Below the pieces are notes generated by a model, which saw only the letters and a program-made list of their open reading frames with translations, ran no database searches and was not told the origin of the DNA. A program made the translations under genes and the position numbers. This document shows, in pieces, positions 59,902-64,000 of a DNA stretch of 64,000 nucleotides (the stretch's first letter is position 1; the number at the start of each line of letters is the position of its first letter). The stretch spans positions 124,001 to 188,000 of the IMG/VR virus record IMGVR_UViG_3300042514_000542; one strand, 5' to 3'.

Positions 59902-60342
59902 ATGAGAAGTTTCAAGCAATATTTTGTAGAGAAAACCGTTTTAGGTTTGGAAGAAACTATCTACGTTGATGGTGTTGGACAACTACGTGCGAAATTAGAC
60001 ACGGGAAATGGAGCGTTTAATGTTCTACATGGACAGAAAATTCAAATAGATGGTGATATGGTTAGGTTCACCACTGAAAATGGTGTGGTATTAGAGAAAC
60101 CTATTTCAGATCATATAACAATTAACTTGGGTGCTGGTAATACCGAAGATCGTCCAGTGGTATTATTAAATATAAAAATGGGTGATAAGATTTTCAAGGA
60201 TATCCCATTCTCAATCGGAAACAGATCACAAAATACCCATAAAGTTTTAATTGGTAAGAGCTTCATACAAAATGAATTAGATGCATTAATTGATGTGGGT
60301 CTTGTAGATGTAGCTAAAAGAAATATAGAAGTTAATATATGA
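59902..60342 (+). CDS. Retropepsin-like (RimK-associated type) aspartic peptidase with capsid-targeting-like N-terminus
   Basis: AKLDTG, EDRPVV, FSIGNRS, VLIG; MRSFKQYFVE. Confidence 0.8.
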   Translation: MRSFKQYFVEKTVLGLEETIYVDGVGQLRAKLDTGNGAFNVLHGQKIQIDGDMVRFTTENGVVLEKPISDHITINLGAGNTEDRPVVLLNIKMGDKIFKDIPFSIGNRSQNTHKVLIGKSFIQNELDALIDVGLVDVAKRNIEVNI

Positions 60343-60839
60343 AAAAGTTTACTCAAAAAGAATTGTTGAATGAGGGGTTTTGGGACAGTTTTCCAGCTAG
60401 AGTTCTTAAGGGTGCTGCTGTTGTTGGTAAATTTGCGACTAAGACACTCGCACCTGAAATATACAACCCTATCTCCAGTGTGGTGTCGGGAATTAAAGAT
60501 CTAAATCAACAATTGATTAAAGCTACCACACCAGAGGCTTCATATATAATAAATAAATTGGCGAATCAAGGATATTCAATAGTTGGTGATATTGGTAAGA
60601 TTAAAATGAGACAAGGGGATGATAAACAATTGTATAAAGTATCAGTTGTAATAAGACAAAATTTTATCAGTTCTGGAGAACCCAATCCTCAAAAAATATT
60701 CTTAGTGGACAAAGATGGTAATATAGTAAGAGATTTAAGTGCTAAAAACGCCGCAAAGGGTGGGAAAAAACCACAAAAACAAAGAGTTTCACCAGTTGTA
60801 ACAAATCCACAAACCAAAAAAGTTCCACCGAAACCTTGA
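60339..60839 (+). CDS. Putative head/internal protein
   Basis: LLNE-GFWDS motif. Confidence 0.65.
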   Translation: MKKFTQKELLNEGFWDSFPARVLKGAAVVGKFATKTLAPEIYNPISSVVSGIKDLNQQLIKATTPEASYIINKLANQGYSIVGDIGKIKMRQGDDKQLYKVSVVIRQNFISSGEPNPQKIFLVDKDGNIVRDLSAKNAAKGGKKPQKQRVSPVVTNPQTKKVPPKP

Positions 60840-60873
60840 CATAATAGACCTGTCTGATATTGTTCTAGTTGTT

Positions 60874-61122
60874 ATGAACAAAATTGAAGCTAAAAAGTTT
60901 GGTGAAGTGTATGTTGCTACCGATGGTGAGAGATCTGCAATTGGTAAGACCGAGGAAGACGCAATTAAAGCTATTGAGGATATGCAAGCACTAGCACAGG
61001 CCGCTATTGATGAGCAAACATCTAAGAGCAATGCCGCCCCCCTAGAAAATTCTAAGGAGGGACATCCGTTCGATCCATTTGGTGGAACTTCTTGGTCTGG
61101 AAAACGTAATAGTTTTGACTAA
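60874..61122 (+). CDS. Small hypothetical early protein
   Basis: After TTGACA-N16-TATTGT (60836-60863). Confidence 0.65.
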   Translation: MNKIEAKKFGEVYVATDGERSAIGKTEEDAIKAIEDMQALAQAAIDEQTSKSNAAPLENSKEGHPFDPFGGTSWSGKRNSFD

Positions 61123-61856
61123 ACGCCCAAAACTTGGGTGATATGTTTGAGCAACGGTGATCTAACAATATCTGTCACATCAAATTCGACACAATGGATG
61201 TTATTTTTTCTTGAAAACTCTGTATCGAATAAATCGAAGACATCCGAGAAACCTGAATCTCTAATATCCTTTTGCTTACCATCACCACAAATAATATATT
61301 TGGTTCCTCTACCAAATCTTGTTAAGATTGTGGTTAATTCAGATCTGGTGGCATTTTGAGCTTCATCAAATATGACAATAGAATTGTTGAATGTTAAACC
61401 ACGGGCAAAGTTAACAGGTATAGCTTTGATATATTCCTGTTCAATCATAGCATTGTAAGATGCTTTATCAGTGGTTTCCAAACATTTTTCATTTAGAACC
61501 ATTGTATATGCTGCAAACTTTTCGTTTTCATCACCCTTTAGATATCCCATAGAACGGGAAGCACTCTCAATGACAGTTCTGATATAAATGATCTTATCAG
61601 CCTTACGTTCCTTTAACATTTCCAAGGCAGAAAACACGGCACAATATGATTTTGCGGAACCTGCTGGTCCATCTAGAAGAACCATATTCGTCTTATCATT
61701 TTTCACCAAATCTATAAAAGATTTTTGACGATCTGTTAGGGGAAATTGCTTTTTAATAGTTATATTAGAACAATCAAAGTTCTGTTTATAGTTTTTATTG
61801 AATTCATCGGTTATATCCACTTCCTTCCTCTTGCGAGGTGCGCTTTTCTTTTGCAT
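61119..61856 (-). CDS. phoH: PhoH-family ATPase
   Basis: GPAGSAKS, GYLKG, RGLTF, DEAQN, TRFG, GDGKQKD, DIVRS. Confidence 0.93.
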   Translation of the reverse strand: MQKKSAPRKRKEVDITDEFNKNYKQNFDCSNITIKKQFPLTDRQKSFIDLVKNDKTNMVLLDGPAGSAKSYCAVFSALEMLKERKADKIIYIRTVIESASRSMGYLKGDENEKFAAYTMVLNEKCLETTDKASYNAMIEQEYIKAIPVNFARGLTFNNSIVIFDEAQNATRSELTTILTRFGRGTKYIICGDGKQKDIRDSGFSDVFDLFDTEFSRKNNIHCVEFDVTDIVRSPLLKHITQVLGV

Positions 61857-61863
61857 TCATTAT

Positions 61864-61912
61864 TATTTAATATATTTTAGTGAATTGACAAATTAAAAAT
61901 AAATGTTAAATT
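61864..61912. promoter_or_regulatory. Divergent late (-) and early (+) promoters
   Basis: TAAATA-N7-ATG for phoH; TTGACA-N16-TAAATT-N6-ATG for the kinase. Confidence 0.75.
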
Positions 61913-61918
61913 ATTAAC

Positions 61919-62647
61919 ATGAGGATAGCAATATCAGGCACGGCAAATTCCGGTAAAACTACATTAATCGATGCATTTAAAAATCGATGGCCGATGTATA
62001 CAACACCATCGAAGACATATAGAGATGTAATTAAGGAGAATAATTTAGAACATTCATCCAATACAAATGACGATTCACAATTGTTAATTCTAAATTGGAT
62101 GATGGAGGAGCAGAAAAAGTATAATAAAGATTCGTATGTCATCTATGATAGATGTCCATGGGATAATTTAGCATATACATTACAGGGAAATGCATTAGAT
62201 AAAATTTCAGATACAGTTACAGCCGCAACTATTTCCTTTGTTAAGGAATCCATGAAGGATCTTGATATTATTTTCTGGCTGAAGTATAATCCAGCTATTA
62301 AAGTCGTAGAAGATGGGCTTAGAGATGCTAATGAAGCATATATCAAACAAACAGATCAGGTATTCCAAGGATTATTTGATCAGTATATGGATAATCTTGA
62401 AGAGGACGTATTCTACCCGAAAGATGACTGCCCTGCAATCGTTTGTATCGATGAACACTTTTCTACAGTTGATGATAGATTAATGTTTATTGGTGAATTT
62501 TTAGACCGTAAAGGTGATTTGATTGATGGGGAGAGTATGCTATCCGAAGAAAACCTGTCGATCTTAGAAGGAATTTTAGGTGATCAAGGTCGTGAAAAGG
62601 AAAACGAAGATAGAATTAATAAAATCATTAAAGAATTTAAGAAATGA
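61919..62647 (+). CDS. P-loop nucleotide kinase-like protein (AAA_28/dNMP kinase-like)
   Basis: IAISGTANSGKTT, YDRCPWD, EDGLR. Confidence 0.75.
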   Translation: MRIAISGTANSGKTTLIDAFKNRWPMYTTPSKTYRDVIKENNLEHSSNTNDDSQLLILNWMMEEQKKYNKDSYVIYDRCPWDNLAYTLQGNALDKISDTVTAATISFVKESMKDLDIIFWLKYNPAIKVVEDGLRDANEAYIKQTDQVFQGLFDQYMDNLEEDVFYPKDDCPAIVCIDEHFSTVDDRLMFIGEFLDRKGDLIDGESMLSEENLSILEGILGDQGREKENEDRINKIIKEFKK

Positions 62648-63471
62648 TTAACAAAAAAGAAACCATTGGTGTTGGTATTATAACCAAAGACCGTCAACAC
62701 CTTTTAAAAACTCTCATAAAAAGTCTCAAAGAGTGCGATTGGGATGAAATTGTCATTATAAACGATGGAAATAAAATTGAAGTAGATGGGTGGAATCATT
62801 GGTGTTATCATTATATTCAGAGAAATGATACAAATTTGGGGGTTGGTATATCAAAAAATAAAGCATTGAAATATCTTCTAGATATGGGATGTGATCATAT
62901 CTTTTTAATTGAAGATGACATCTTTATTAAAGATGGATCAGTTTTTGAAAAATATATTGAGACATCTAAAAAGACTGGTATTCAACATTTAAATTTCTCT
63001 CAACATGGGAGAATGAACAAAAAATGGCCAAATACAACACCAAATCCAAGAGTAGTCATAGATTATGGTGATGTTAAATTACCACTATACCCTCATTGTG
63101 TTGGTGCATTCTCATATTATTCTAGAAAATGTTTGGAGATTGCTGGACTTATGGACGAGCGATATTTCAATGCTTGTGAACACGTTGATCACACTTTAGA
63201 AATTATCAAAGCTGGGATACATCCACCATTTTGGTATTTTGCCGATATTGAAAATTCTTGGGAATATTTGGGTGATGAGGAATGGTCTATTGAAAAATCA
63301 ACCATATCATCTAATCCAAATCATAAACAAATGATGAAAGATGCCGATGTAATTTTTAGAGAGAAACATGGTTGCGTTCCGGGTGAGATTAAACTACTTG
63401 GAATTGATGAGGTTGGTAAAACTTTAAAACGTATTAAAAATGGGTATGGATCTGACAATAGTAACATGTAA
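62644..63471 (+). CDS. GT2-like glycosyltransferase
   Basis: VGIITKDR, IINDG, NLGVGISKN, LIEDD, MDERY..ACEH. Confidence 0.85.
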   Translation: MINKKETIGVGIITKDRQHLLKTLIKSLKECDWDEIVIINDGNKIEVDGWNHWCYHYIQRNDTNLGVGISKNKALKYLLDMGCDHIFLIEDDIFIKDGSVFEKYIETSKKTGIQHLNFSQHGRMNKKWPNTTPNPRVVIDYGDVKLPLYPHCVGAFSYYSRKCLEIAGLMDERYFNACEHVDHTLEIIKAGIHPPFWYFADIENSWEYLGDEEWSIEKSTISSNPNHKQMMKDADVIFREKHGCVPGEIKLLGIDEVGKTLKRIKNGYGSDNSNM

Positions 63472-64000
63472 TTATGATACACCTGATTTAATTACCAATT
63501 TAATGGTGTCTCTCGCTAATACTTGTGATGATATTCCTTATATGTTGGTTATAAGCACAGGAAAATATCCGCTTTTAAACCCAATGAAACCGTTATGGCA
63601 CAACCATAACATTCCACACACATCTCATGGAGATGCTGTTAATGAGGCTTTCAGTTTAGTAAAAACTAGATATATGTTGTTGGTCGATTCTGATGTTTTA
63701 TTTCTCAAGGACTTCTATGAGCCATATGAAAAATTCAAAGAGGGTAGATTTGCATTGATGGGTGAAGTTGTTGGTGATCGTGGCGGAAAGTTAATATATC
63801 CTAGAGTTAATCCATGGTTCTGTTTTATTGATTTGGAGCAACTCAAAGAACACAACATTAAATTCTATGACCATTACCGAACCAAAGAAATCAAATCTGA
63901 AAAGATATATGATATTGGATCTACAATGTTTGAGGATGTTATAAACGCTGGACTAACAATCGGCAATGCCAATATGGAAAATAAATATTTTAAACACTAT
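63446..64000 (+). CDS. GT2-like glycosyltransferase (partial, runs off window)
   Basis: Manual translation MDLTIVTCNYDTPDLI...HGDAVN...LLVDSDV...YDIGS. Confidence 0.8.
   Translation, partial: MDLTIVTCNYDTPDLITNLMVSLANTCDDIPYMLVISTGKYPLLNPMKPLWHNHNIPHTSHGDAVNEAFSLVKTRYMLLVDSDVLFLKDFYEPYEKFKEGRFALMGEVVGDRGGKLIYPRVNPWFCFIDLEQLKEHNIKFYDHYRTKEIKSEKIYDIGSTMFEDVINAGLTIGNANMENKYFKHY

Noticed and set aside
696-62346. Many short antisense or alternate-frame ORFs in the track
   Set aside because: Shadows of well-supported genes, lacking promoters or motifs
1-64000. Alternative genetic code (stop reassignment)
   Set aside because: Core genes are intact in code 11; TGA ends many genes in ATGA overlaps; only one in-frame TGA case

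Overview
A 64 kb segment of an AT-rich, T4-like large myophage genome. It holds terminase gp17, a gp14-like neck protein, baseplate gp6/gp25 and a Ser-rich tail/fibre module (16.6-27.5 kb). A minus-strand replication/recombination block follows (gp61, gp45, gp32, gp41, UvsX, gp43, gp46, gp47, gp55, UvsW, UvsY), with three paralogous GIY-YIG/NUMOD3 homing endonucleases and PhoH. Four things stand out. (1) A glycosylation toolkit: RmlA, an NRS/ER-type epimerase-reductase and five glycosyltransferases. One transferase carries motifs of the mucin-initiating polypeptide GalNAc-transferases and sits 10 bp behind a mucin-like Ser/Thr/Pro protein at the end of the tail module, making it a candidate phage protein O-glycosylation system. 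(2) A near-leaderless expression code: 29 starts lie 5-8 nt after a TAAATA late promoter, 8 starts follow TTGAC[AT]-N16-TANNNT, and no Shine-Dalgarno sites are evident. This corrects many ORF starts. (3) About 20 late proteins have capsid-targeting-like N-terminal propeptides ending in hydrophobic-x-E, including an ADP-ribosyltransferase-like protein, an aspartic protease and proteins that would expose antimicrobial-peptide-like amphipathic N-termini. (4) A candidate origin next to uvsY with repeats, palindromes and a G-rich tract. All calls are from visual motif recognition and no searches were run. No tRNA, CRISPR array, intron or intein was seen.
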